64,000 nt of DNA, taken from contig JAQFVV010000008.1 in NCBI GenBank assembly GCA_028023455.1, positions 10,416,001 to 10,480,000 on the forward strand, in the 5' to 3' direction. Positions 37,890 through 51,020 of this stretch are shown here, piece by piece. Every line of letters starts with the position of its first letter. Position 1 is the first letter of the stretch. Made by a program: the position numbers and the translations under genes. Source of the stretch: Epiperipatus broadwayi (Eukaryota; Animalia; Onychophora). The notes beneath the pieces were generated by a model. That model searched no databases, was not told the DNA's origin, and worked only from the letters and a program-made list of their open reading frames with translations.

Positions 37890-38480
37890 AAAGAAATTTA
37901 TGTAGGTGTCTTCATCTTCTCCTGACTGGGCTTTTGAGTGGGCTTCAAGTCAAATGGCAGTGTGGTGAGGATTTCATCTAATTCAGGCATAGGCAAGGTG
38001 AATTTTGTCATCATCATGGCAGGCTGGAACTGGCATAATCTACCAGAGCTTTACAGAGAAAGGGCAGGTGCACCAATTGGTTTTCTATCCCACGATCATT
38101 TTAGTGGAAGCTCTGGTAGATTTCTCCATATTTTCTATCTGGTATAATGCAATAATTATTATTAAAGGTTCATCGGCTATCTTGAATGGTTCATTAAATC
38201 CTTAAGAAAACAAAAGTTCTTAAAAGAATTGTGTAATGGATTTCTTCTTCGAAAATATCAGCAATAATCTAGTCCATAAATTAATCTCTAAGTGGCTAGA
38301 TGATTGAAGAATTCCAGAGCCAAAGTAGTGAGCAACTTGGCCAGAATAAATGCCAAAGAATGAATGAATTGAATCCCACAGCACTGATTAAAACCTATCA
38401 ATCCCACTCATACAGAACCAATTCAGGTACCCCCCTGAGAAGTATGAATCAGCCAAACCCTTTATTTTACCTTATCATTT
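37890..38480 (-). mobile_element. Probable L1/Tx1-like LINE remnant
   Basis: GC-richer block with a minus-strand fragment PVPACHDDDKIHLAYA, then PELDEIL after a frameshift, resembling zf-RVT. Many stops. Confidence 0.4.
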
Positions 38481-39136
38481 AGATCATACACATTCCTTTC
38501 TATTTTTTCAATTAAATTCTACATTTTAGGGTTTGATATAATGATTAGTTTCCATCTTGAATACTCAGACCACTTGATTACAGAGATCAATTCAGAAGAA
38601 TTTTATTTTATCTAAAAAAAATAACATTTTAATTTTAACATTCATTATCAAACATTTTGCTTTTTGATTAGATTTTTACCAAAGCAATTAACATTTTTTT
38701 GATTATGGAATAAGATTATAGTTTTTAGAAAAGTAATTAAAAATATATATATATACAAGTATGTTGGAATAATTACTTTAATTATTTATTTCATAAGTAT
38801 GTTCCAACATGAGATCTTTTTTGGTCAACAAAGTTTGCTTTCTCTATTTGAATTTTTCAGAGAAAAGCAAAATACATAAAATGACATATACTGAAAATAT
38901 ACAAAAAAATAAAATAAATTAATTTTTAAAAAAAAATACATTTGTTTATTATAGGTATATTTGTGTACAATATTTTAAATTGGTGTGTCTTGGTATTCTA
39001 TGCTCAGACCCCACTTCCATTATTACTGTAGCACATTTATATATTTGTTGTGCTTAATATATATAAATTTACATGTGTATCTGCTGTAATGTTCTTTACA
39101 GCAGACTTTGTGCATGGACATTTGATAATGCCTGGC

Positions 39137-39139
<3 letters not shown>

Positions 39140-39230
<91 letters not shown>
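39140..39230. repeat. (TA)n microsatellite, ~45 units
   Basis: Uninterrupted TA run. Confidence 0.97.
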
Positions 39231-39231
<1 letters not shown>

Positions 39232-39254
39232 CACATTTGCATGACATATATATC

Positions 39255-41849
39255 TAGGGTGACCAGATTTTGCTAACATGAATCCAGGACAGCAAAAAAA
39301 AACTAAAATTTAAGAATGTTATTGGTCTTTTTTATTTAATTTATTTTTACGTCCATCTATTTCTATTAGTGAAATGAGACAAACACACCTGAAAATAGAC
39401 AGTAAGGGTAAAAAACTTTAACATTTCACATCACAAATTTATTTATAATTATTATATTTTTTATTTACATATATTGCACATGGTATAATAATAAAAAATT
39501 TAATTATTACAAAGTAAATATAAAATTAATATATGTAAATAATTAGAATTTGAAAAAAATCTTTCTCTGCATCATGCACTTTTTTTTAATAAATCAGTGT
39601 TGTCCTTAATTGTGTTATAAAACTTTTCACAAGATTTGGAAATATTGCATTTGACAATAACCATCACCTTCAGCATGTTCACTTTCACACTGAATTTTTC
39701 TAGAATCCACATATTATTAATGATAGAAAAAATATGTTCTGGTGCCGCAGTTGTGCCTGGCAATCATAAACATAGTTCAACTAAAATTTTTAAATTTTTG
39801 GAAGGAATGTGATGGTTTTGAAAATGGGTAAAAATTTAGATCTATTTTTGATCAAAATCCGTTTTGTTTTCTATCCAATATGTAATTTTTTCTCAAGTGG
39901 CATATCATTTTAAATAAAAAATCTTATCTAATAACTTCTTACTCAAAATACTTTTGAGCAAACATTATGCTTTCCTCTATATTATTCCATTTGATTACAT
40001 TTTTTAATGTAAATCATGATAAATTTTGTAATTCATCAAATTGCACAGTCCATTTTCTAAACAACAAATGAAGTTGGAATAAAAATCAATAAATTGAGCT
40101 TCTAGAAGAGTTTCCATTTTTGAATTATCACTAGAAATTACGAACTGGTTACCAAAAGCAACAAAAAAATTTCAGCCTGTTTATCGAATTTTTTTTTTTT
40201 GTAAAATTGTTGGACATTTATCAGTTGAAAGAAAAAAAGGTTTAAGTGGTTTAAACATTTTCAAAATTCTTTCAATAGCTGGGAATAATGCCAAACATTT
40301 TACTTTACCAATTCTCTACAATTGATGATATTATATTTCTGCATCCTCCCAAAATTATTTTAATTCTTCTACTCTCACAGTATACATATAAAAATGTGAG
40401 TATATTTCTACAGCCATGCTTTTGATGTCGATTGGAAGAATGTCTGCTGCTGTTTGCGCTGCATTGTGTATAATATGTGCTGCACATCTAACACCTGTTA
40501 GTAGTCTGTTTAGTTCAGAATTTAAATGATGGAAAATATTGTTTTGTCTTTTCCTTTCTAAACCTCCAAAATTTTTGTTAACACTGACTGCACAATATCC
40601 GACTAACTTTTTTGTCAGGTTGTTATTGTGATTAATTTTGAATTTTCATCTGGCAAAGAAATTAAATCCAAAACTTTTACTTGAATACTCTGTTATTGAT
40701 CAAAGTATCTTATTAAATAAGGAAACAGTTTTATATCCTTGTGATTTGAGACATCAGAATATAAAGGGTCATTTTCAGTTCAGAAAGAGAATGAGGTGAT
40801 AAAACATTTTAAACTATAATTTCAGTTTTAATGCAAGTGCTGGAAAATTTTGGATCAAAAAATGTTTTTATTAATCTAAAAGTGCAATCCATTGACTGAA
40901 ATGATTTGTTATGATAAACAGAATGAAATGAGAAAACAGTTTCGGCTAATGCAAGTTCTTTTTCTTCAGTGTTGAAAGTTTTAATATGAGTAAATTGAAG
41001 AATGTTTGATCCAGAAGCTGATTGTATATATCACTTACGTTTTTCAATTTAAATATGTCTTATGATATTGTTTTTCCCATCATAATTTATGGAAAAATAA
41101 GAATTGCACACAGTGCAGTGAATTTCTGAATCCGAATCCTTTTTTAGTTTTTTAATGAAAGGAAATTGGTTTGCCAGATGTTATTAAATTTACAATTTTG
41201 TATTTTTTAATTAAGCCATTTCTGATGCTAAAAAATAAAATAACTTCGAATTTAAAACTTATTAATTAATTTAAATATCATTATTTCTATAGAACATTAA
41301 CATTATTGAGAAATTATTATTGTTAAAAAATATCTTTTCAAATAAAAAGTTTATAAAATAATTGACATCTAGGTGACTATAAATAGCCTATTTTAATTAA
41401 AACTACAGTTCTTTGGCAATTCATATATACATTATTAAATATTTACAATAAAATATATTCATATAACCTATAAAAGAAGTCTGTGTGTTATTGGTTTAAT
41501 TAATGAAAGTGATTTATAGTTTCTTGATGTAAGTTTTATAAAGTTGAGATGTTTTGTTACCATATTCCTTGAAGCAATAGTCCATCACAAGAAAAAAAAA
41601 CATGATGATTTAACAGATTCTGATTTACATCAATGTACTTCACTCATGTACACTATCAGGTGGTGTGTATGCTTTGGTTTATAATTGCTCTGCCAGAGAT
41701 GCCAAACTTAATGCATGAACTACATATGCATATTCAAGTCAAATCAATTAATCTGTAATAAATCAGGACATTTCCAAGACAAATACTGATGCAGGGTAGT
41801 GTACTAAAATCTGTGACTATACCACACAATCCAGAACTTACTTCTGGTC

Positions 41850-41855
<6 letters not shown>
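39255..41855 (-). mobile_element. hAT DNA transposon (Blackjack-like), decayed transposase
   Basis: TIRs TAGGGTGACCAGA (39255) and TCTGGTCACCCTA (41855). Flanks TATATATC and TATATATA match 7/8 as a TSD. Minus-strand peptides CAAHIIHNAAQTAADILPIDI, LFPAIERILKMF and PGTTAAPEHIFSIINNMW (hAT dimerisation domain). Confidence 0.9.

Positions 41856-41893
<38 letters not shown>
41856..41893. repeat. (TA)n microsatellite
   Basis: TA run directly after the hAT TIR. Confidence 0.95.
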
Positions 41894-41897
<4 letters not shown>

Positions 41898-42854
41898 ATT
41901 TTGAATTTATCATTGTAAAAAAAACTTGGTTTTTACCATTCTGTATTAAAATTCTATGTCTTTCTTTTGTTTACAATTGTTTTGGACCTTACAGCCTCTT
42001 TTAAAATATGATAAAATTTCTTTATGATAAACTATTTAAACACCAATTGAATGATTATGCAGTGAATGTATTTAAACTGATGAATTTTTAACTGATATAT
42101 GCATTATTGGAATTTTGAATAAAGATACTTATGTTTCTGACACATTTATTGACTAACTTATCTGACTACACACAGTCACCTTAACTGTAAAAAAATGATT
42201 CTCATTGATTCTCATTTATAATAGCTATAGGTGCAAAAAATGTATGTCTTTTATATTTAGTTATCTAATTTAACATAATGTAGCATCAGTCACCATTATT
42301 TTCTTTTATGCAAGCAGTCATTCCAAAATTTCTTGGTGGTTCAACAATGGGCATTGTTCAGCATCTTGCTTACTCTAATTTTAGAACATATTTTCTTTTT
42401 TTTTCAATTTTAAATCTGCGATTTTTTTCTATAGGAGATTTATTTTCCAGGTTTTTGAAGAAGTTTCTCTTTTTTTAAAAAAAAAGTACTTTTAATTATT
42501 TGCTTTTACCTGTTTATTTTTCTTTAGTACAAATCTATTGAAGCCTGAAACTCAATGATCTTAATCTTTTTTCCCTAAGATTTCTAATCCTAAGATATTT
42601 ATTCACTAATGTTTCAGTTATTTTAAGATTCTGAAAAATGTCATTTGAGTGTTTTTAAAATTCTTAAATCCATTATTCTCCCTAAATAAAATTCTTTTAA
42701 AACTAAAAAAAATTCTTAAATCTTTTGTTTAACCAATAATCATAGACCATCTAACAAGGTGATTCCACAAACATACAGTTTGCCTGTGCCCATTTAAAAA
42801 AATTAAGACCAAGAGTTTCCAAAACATTATTATTATCTATTCATATCAAAGTAT

Positions 42855-43245
42855 CCTCCATGTGGTTTGGCACAGTAGGTAGAGCATTCAACTTGAGATT
42901 GGGAGGTCCTAGGATTGATTCTGCTGCTTGAAAATCTGGCACTCAAACTTTTTATGAAGTCCTGAGCAATAAAGCAACATGCCTTTTTGCACTTCATGAT
43001 TTGGTACAATGGCAAAATGTCCAACTTGGGATCTGGAGATCCCAGGATTGATTCTGGCACTCACAGTTCTTGCGTTCAAACCTCTTATAAATTCCTGAGC
43101 AATAAATCCATTAGCCTTTCTGTTCTGTAAAGTTTGTTGCAATAACTACCCAGTTTGCAATAAGAATGTCCCACAATTGATTCTGGTACTTGCAGATCTG
43201 GCACTCAATTTTTTATGAACTCCCAAGCAATATAGCTATTAGCCT
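42855..43245 (+). repeat. Three diverged tandem ~130-bp units with a tRNA-like head (SINE-like)
   Basis: Anchors CC(T/C)(G/A)AGCAATA at ~42961, ~43094 and ~43222, plus repeated GATTGATTCTG and TGGCACTCA. The first unit has an A-box-like TGGCACAGTAGG and a GGAGGTCCTAGG arm. Confidence 0.6.
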
Positions 43246-44599
43246 TTTTTTTTAATGGGAAAAGTTATATTGCTTATAGGCAATATTTTCTAGTTTTGAT
43301 TTAAAACTGATATTTAAAAGTCTTAAAATGCTATTAACCTATTTAAGTTTATTAAATGTTGTTAAGTAATATATAATTATTCAAATTAATTAATACATTC
43401 CTGTTATGAACTTCACATTCTTGTAAACTATCAACTAGTAAAAAAAATATCAAGCTGATATCTTTTAATATTATATTTTTCAGAACATTGTCCAATCATC
43501 ATGTTAGTTATTTAAATATGTATGTGTAATGAAAAAGATCATCATCTTTTTTATGGATCGGTAGTGCTTACAAGAGTATGCAGCTCATATCAAAAACACC
43601 TGTGAATTAATTTGATTGGTTAGATATTCTTTCCACTGTAATATTTAATTATTAACTGATATGTATATATTATGAAACACTTGAATTTTTTTGATTTCAA
43701 GTTGATATTAGCACATTTTTCTCTAAAGTTTTTGAGTATTAGTTAAGATATACACTGGACTATTTTTGCCTTTTAAAGATAATAGACACAGTTGTTAGTG
43801 AAATATAAAGAATACAAAATGTAGATCACCACTGCTCAATTTAAAAACCAGTCAAATTCATTTTTATGACAGACATAAAAACTTTCTTTGTATAAAAAAT
43901 GTAAATACTATAGCTTCTCACATGTTAATTTTCTAATAATACTTAACTTTCTTCATCAACCATCTTCTTCAAACTTAAAATATCACACAACTTCTTTGCA
44001 TTAGAAACAATGCATTCAAATTGTTTCTGTTTAATTCATATATAATATTCAGTGTTCACAAAAATATTTAATAAAATTAATTTTTTATAGTAAAAGAAAA
44101 TATTATCAACTTACCATATGAAAATTAATTTTTGTTTGTTTTATGTTTCATATTTTGGGGGTGATCTTTCTATTTTTAAAACAATTTTAATCAATTCAGT
44201 TAATTGAATACTAATGGTATGTTTTAAATATGGATTATTCACTTTAGTAGTAGATTTAAACATAGGATGAATATGAAAACTTAACCATGACAAAACCAAC
44301 AGACATGTAAAATGAATTATTGAAAACAGACTGTGGAAAAAATGTAATATTATATCACTCTTGAAATTAATAATTATAGATGGTGCTAGTGTTTGATTTT
44401 TAATAATTTTGTCTAAAATTAAAGAAATATTTGAAACCACCCTGGCACTTTCTGTTGTGATACAGTAATCTCAATTATCAAAGGTAAAATTTTACCCTGC
44501 TTAGCAAGAAATGTTAATAATTTTTTGAATGAATGATAAAAAATAAATGTTCAGCTTCTAATACTAGTTGTAATAATGTGTGATTTATAATATGCATTC

Positions 44600-45700
44600 A
44601 ACTTATTCTTATACCAATTTATAATTCTATTATGTGAAAGTAATCTAAAAAACCATTAACCATATTGTTATTTTTGTTTAATAGCCATGACAGGATTATC
44701 ACCATAACTAAATAGCAGTGAAAAATATAGTTTGACATCTGCCATGAGAATAATCTCAAGTCTCTATAAAATTTTATTTTCAGTGATGTCAATTCTGGTT
44801 ACAATTATAAATGACAAAAAACAGATGATGTTGACTACCATATAATAACTTGCTCTTCACCAAATCTTGTTTATTAAGACTAAACGTTATTAATGATTTG
44901 TTCATGATGTGAATATCTCTAATAAGTTGGTATTTGGTTACTGCCTAAAAATATAAAATCTTCACTCTCAGAATACAAATATTTCTTTTCTAAAATGAAT
45001 TCAAAGAATTTTTCTTTCAAACTACTGTAATATTTTATTATGGTGATTCACCAATTTACCAAGAATAAATAACTGTCTATACCTCTATCTAACTTAAAAG
45101 AATTTTGTGAATATAAAAAACTATTTTGAAAAAAAATTCTGGCATTAAGAATATAATCTGTGAAGATTTAAAAGTCATTAGTTTTTGGTTTAAGTGTGCA
45201 GAGACTTTGAGAATGAGATAATGGGGGGGGGGCACTCTATCCAAAATGAAAATTTATTGAGAATTGCTTCTTTAAGAACAAGAAAAACAAAAATATATTT
45301 GTTTTATTTATCAATCAAACAAAAAAAGTTCATTTATAACTGTTGTGCTAATAAAAAGTTCAACTTTTAAAAAAAATATTGGCAAGACAATGTGGTGAAA
45401 AAAATGCTAAAATACGAAGAAAAGTATTTGTCAGAACTCACATTAAAACATTAATATAGGAATAAAAAAACCTAAAGGCCAGATGAAATAGAAATGTTAT
45501 ATAGAAATCATCAAAAATGCCAGTGTCAATTTGTTGTGAATGTATTAGGCATAAAATTATCATGTGATGACTAATTTAGTCCAATTCTGTTTACACATAA
45601 GTTTATCTTAGATTTTTTCACTGAAAATCTTAGAATGGTATGAATTAAGTTATTTCATTAAGATATAAAAAGTATTACTAATAAAAATGAAATCTCAGTA
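44600..45700 (+). mobile_element. Highly decayed LINE remnant (APE end / RT start)
   Basis: KKPKGQMK / GPDEIE-like motif at ~45470 and upstream APE-like fragments. Heavily mutated. Confidence 0.35.
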
Positions 45701-47565
45701 CTAAGAAAAATGGGTGATTATTACTGACCATAAGTAAATATAGAAGAACACTGTAGTTATTTTTAGGTAGTATATATTTATTCTACACAATATAATGAGA
45801 ATTCCACCTCCCCTTGCCTCAATTTTGGCTGCATGTTCATCAAAAGTCTTATCTAATAGAAAAAAAGCAACACAGTATTTGAATTCATTGCAAAGAAAAA
45901 AAAAACTATTAAAGTTATCTACTTTGGTTCTTTTTTGTTTTGTTTTATCATTGTTCCTTTTAATTAAATATTACATTTATAAATAAATTTTATTTTGCAC
46001 AATGATTTAATTGAATCTGAATTATATATGCAAAGATGAGCAACACTTGATGTAATAAAGACTTGAATAACAGATTAAAATAGAATATATCATGTTATTT
46101 AATTCCATCTTCAGTGAAAAAAACAGATGTAAGTATTTGTATATAAAAATATTTTTTTAATGTTTTTTCCCTAAATATTCAGAACTTAACAAGTTAGAAT
46201 CTCTTTTTGCAATTTATATATAATGCAAATCGATATTTCTATACTAGTTGGATTTAAGTACTACATGAATATATATTTAAATAATATATATTAAAATCTT
46301 TTGCTATTATTATTACTGTTTACTTATTTTAAATTTTTTAAAAATATGCTGAACAAGACTATAATGATAAATGCTTTTTTTTAATAGCATTAATAAAACT
46401 TTATAAATAAAAATATTAAAAATAATAATAATATATTATTTATTTCACTTAATCTTATTTGACATTTAGTACATTATATATTTTTTTATTTTTGCTGAAT
46501 TTATTGAATAAATTTATATTAATTAGATAGAATGCTACAGATAATAAAAGATTAAGGAAAGTAGATTCTGTATGCAAGGTGACAAAAATTAAAAAAAAAG
46601 AATAATATATTTAATTGTTGCTGCTAATATGAGATTATCAAAATGGATTTGATGTAATTATCATTAACTTTTCATTGGTTATAATGAATAAAATTAATAG
46701 ATTTTTTTGTCATTGATAGAGAATGAGGAATTAACAGTATTGTTTTCTCATCAATTTATAATATTGTCATTATCAAAATTAAGATGCTATTATACAATAA
46801 AATTAGCAATCTTCTATAGTGATAATCTTGATTTAAATACATTAGTTAATGTAACATATAAAGATATTAAAAAATTAAATATAACTTGCCTTTTCAAGGT
46901 CTTGCTTTCTTTTTTTTACAACACTAAAATTGTCTTTAAGACCTATTGGATCTACAATCAGACATAAATTTACATTTAACCTTTCATGAATTTAACTATG
47001 ATTTAACTTCAATCTGAATTTAACTGTAATTTATACCATTATGTTGATAAATCTATGTTAAATTTATATGAATGTTGTATTAGTATTAATGAAATAAATT
47101 TATCTAAAATTTTATATCAATAGCTTTCAGATGATTCAATCCATATTATACGTACATTCTTATCCATATTTGAATATTCTGTGGTTTATACAATGTATAT
47201 TGAAATTAAATTGAAAGACTGCAAATATTTCACACTTATTATAATACTTATCTGACAGTCAATCATATGTTATGATAGCTGTCTAGATAATGATCAAACC
47301 GTAAACACAAGACAGAGAATTATTTACAATTTATATTTATAAATTACATATCTATGGTTTAAAAATGCAAAAATCTAAATATTAAGAATTGGCATACAAT
47401 TTACTATATTGAAAGCTGGTGTTGCAACTAATCTTTCTGTATATATATTTTTTGCGGTGATTTTTTTTCTTTCTACAAATAATTTTAATTATATTATATT
47501 GAAACCTGTAAATAACTTATTCTGCCTTAAATTGCTTTTCCAGTTCATTAACTTTATGCTTTTGG

Positions 47566-47692
47566 AGTCTGGAAATATTGGATGAGTAGGTACTAGATGG
47601 GGATTTTATGCACAAACCTTCTGGCAGCCATTGATTACTCTGGTTGGTACTGAATAGCACTACTGTGTGGAGAGTTTTGCCTGTTTTAATAT
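47566..47692 (+). repeat. Family-B copy beginning at the hammerhead cleavage site
   Basis: AGTC^TGGAAATATTGGATGAGTAGGTACTAGATGGGGATTTTATGCACAA..GAGAGTTTTGCCTGTTTTAAT matches the family-B sequence downstream of the HHR. Confidence 0.75.
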
Positions 47693-48224
47693 AATTGTGA
47701 TACATGACCTCTGAATTTATATAAGACATTTACCCTTTTTATGAAGAAAATATTTAAATTGCTAACAAGATGATTTGCCGGTTCATTAAAATTTTAACAA
47801 TTTGAGCAAAAGTGAATTTGTATTTGCAAAGTAGTCATTATTATTGGGTTGTGTGATATCTATGATTCTACTTCTAATCACAATGATTTTTTGAGGTTTC
47901 TGACCCTCAGAGCATTTTGTGTCCTAACTTAATTAGAATATGTGACTTTTAATATATCTCCATTACTACTCGGTGATTATTTACCTATTATTTATTTGTT
48001 ATTCATGAATGATTATTTCTTGTATATTTCTATGGTATTGTCAAACTATTTAGGTAAACATTCTTTGTTTTTACATTAGTTTATTGATCACTAAATGTTG
48101 ATAAGAATGCACATATAATTTGTAAGTCACTTATTTTTAAAATTGTTTATTATTTGATTTTTAACTAACAATATTTTTTCTTGCCTTGTAAGAACAACTA
48201 ATCTTAGGTTATCACGTGTGTTAA

Positions 48225-48320
48225 GTTCTCCGTCTGAAGATAGCTTAAATTCTAAGCACTTGATCATCATCAGTGGTAATTAAATTAGTTTGGATGCTAA
48301 GCACTTGATCATCATCAGTT
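48225..48320. repeat. Rearranged PLE-end relic with hammerhead half-motifs on both strands
   Basis: Plus strand CTGAAGA-TA-GCTTA aattc TAAGC (48234-48257). Direct repeat CTAAGCACTTGATCATCATCAGT at 48252 and 48297, which reads CTGATGATGATC.. on the minus strand. Confidence 0.5.
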
Positions 48321-50049
48321 CTACTTTAACTATGATTTACTATTTGTCAATATAATTTATTTAAGTGATTCAAAATTAATGCTACAACTATAAAAAAAAT
48401 TTCTGATGCGGCTCAATGAAAGTGATGGTTTCATCATCAAATCAGCAGAAATCACATCATAAATAAAGATTTAGGAGACATTGTTTCATGCAAACTTAAA
48501 CAAGATATTTTAATAGTAAAAAGAAAAGAAGTCTAGCTCGTGAAAAGGAAGAGTTATATTTGTTAATAATGTTGTTTGTTTTTTTTTGGTATGTATCATC
48601 GAAACTTTTATTCTTCATTAAATGCTATTAATATTATTACATTAAAAAGTTAAAACACAGTAATGTTTTATATATATAATTTATTTATTGAAATAATCTG
48701 TGCAGTATTTATATTTTTCAGTTTCATCATACATATCATAACAAAACAACAACAAAAAATGAAATATTACATTTTGGCTTCCCGCTATGATTTTAATTAA
48801 ATTTTAACTTAAAAACTTTTTTAAAAGATGAATTTACATTTACATTAAGAAAATATTATAAGTAAATTTAAAAAATGTTATATTTGTTTAAATTATTTTT
48901 TACTTGTTTAAATTATTTTTTACTTGTTATAAATAATACTGCTTAATAATTAGATGAAGTGTAATAAATTCGTAGATCTGATAATGTAATAATAAGTGCT
49001 GCTCTTACTAACCCACAACTTAGAGTTTGAGTCTGAGCTAAGTCACCTATATATTTAGCATCTTTTTTTAGGTAACTGGCCTATAGCCAATCCAAACAGT
49101 CATCTAATTTTGGTCAGTAAATGAATGTTTGGTTATTTTTAGCCAGAATGTACAATTCCAAATTAATCTGGGTTAATAAAATAAATATTGATAGATTGTC
49201 TCTAAAAATAATAATACAAATATAATATGATGCAAAATTCACTACTAGTCATTTTACTATGGCATCTGATTCCTTGCATTCTTTTAGCTTTAATGACCTT
49301 AGTTGTATTCACAATTTTCAATTTATTTCATTTCTTTTTGTTAGTTGTTTTTTAAAAAAAATCTTCATAATATTTTTTTCAATTATAAAAAAAATATGTC
49401 CATAAAGCAAACAGTCATAAAACATTCTTGTATATATTGTAAAAAAAAAATTACATTAAGTGTAACACTTTTCATCCAATTGCCAGAAATACAAGCACAA
49501 CATCATTTAATTCTTTTACATAACTACTATAAATGAAAGTAATTCACTTTTCTCTACTCTTTGGCTATTTATTGCAATCTTGAGCAAAGGCAATTTATTA
49601 ATCACTATTGCCAAAATCATTTTTTGGCCAAGTAATAGCAAAAGTCAAAAACTATTTTGGAGATGGAAGTAAATAAATTGTACTACAATTTGATAAGCAG
49701 TGATTATTCAAGTTCATTCAGTGAACACCAATAATTCAAGTTACAATATATGATGTTAGAGAGAAAAAGACTATTCTTGATTTCTAAAAGCCAATTTGAT
49801 AATCACTATATAGTACTATTTTTGTAAATCACTTTGTTATATAGTTTAATTCAGTGGAAAGTGGCAGATTCTGAAAATTAAGATCTATGGGTCATAGCTC
49901 AGATCCATTACTTCTGATGCTCAAACTCTTTTTTAAAACTTCCAAGCAATACATCATTTGATTATTTTTATTATGTATTTTTTTCCAACAATCATTACAT
50001 TTCACCATTTCAGTTTTAAATTGCTATTTTGTGATTCTCAAACATCCAC

Positions 50050-50620
50050 CAAGAGTATGGTCTAGTGAAACATAATATAAATATATATATACTTTTTCCC
50101 ATTTAAACTGCATCTATAAAATACCATGTGAATGTGGAAGAACATATATTGGTGAGACTAGTCATCCCATTGAAAACCACTTACAAGAACCCAAACTGAT
50201 GATTAGAAAAGAGAAAACAGATGAGTCTAAGGTAGCAGAACCATGTATATACTAATGAACATTTGTTCAATTGGGAAACACAAAAATATTGAAGAAAAGC
50301 TATAAAGAAAATTTAAAAAAACTGCTCACATAACAATGGCGAATAACCCCCATAAGTCAACCTAGTGTAACTATACATAATGTATGGAAACTAATCAACT
50401 TTGCTCTTAAGAAGAAAAAGTGGAGAAATCAAAAGGAACCTCATAGATAAGTATATAAAATTTCTAGTGAATGTTGATTTTGATGGGATGGTTCAATTGG
50501 TTAGAATGTTACCTTAAAATTCAATACTCAAGAATCTAAGGGTCCAGGTTTGGTTTCCATGCTAGTTATTGTCACCTGAAGAAGAGGGAAGAATAATACT
50601 TCTTGAAACATTGTGCAATA
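50050..50620 (+). mobile_element. Penelope-like 3' fragment (GIY-YIG, 3' UTR, decayed hammerhead); same family as 5940-8400
   Basis: CIYKIPCECGRTYIGETSHPIENHLQE (50108-50190). The 3' UTR matches the reverse complement of 5990-6160. CAC CTGAAGA..TTCTT GAAA CATT GTG at 50573-50615. Confidence 0.88.
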
Positions 50621-50878
50621 TTAACCTATTTGATATGTTACTACTAACAGTTGAATGTATTTGGAATATTTAAATAAAGTTTAAATTTTTCTAAAGACAT
50701 TCAATACTCATATTAGATGATGGAAATAGTCCAAACAATAAATACAAATGTACTCTTTAGTTTAGAAGTATTTATTTTATATTACATGTATTTCTGCATT
50801 TTTAACATATAAAACCTTTATTACAGCATAATATTTTGGAGGAGTTTTTGGAGGGGCAGTTGAGAATACATAAAAGAG

Positions 50879-51020
50879 AATTGTAATACATTAAAGATCA
50901 GCCTTCTCAAGCTATTGTTCATGCGCTTTTTACGAGTGTTAATAATAAATGAATACTTTTATTCCCAACACAGCACATGTACAATAGCTTGAGAAGGCTG
51001 GTCTTTAATGTATTACAATT
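50879..51020. repeat. 45-bp inverted repeat with ~52-bp spacer (MITE-like)
   Basis: AATTGTAATACATTAAAGATCAGCCTTCTCAAGCTATTGTTCATG and CATGTACAATAGCTTGAGAAGGCTGGTCTTTAATGTATTACAATT, with 2 mismatches. Confidence 0.8.

Noticed and set aside
37909-37966. Possible plus-strand exon VSSSSPDWAFEWASSQMAV
   Set aside because: It lies in a block better explained as a minus-strand LINE remnant, and there is no supporting homology.
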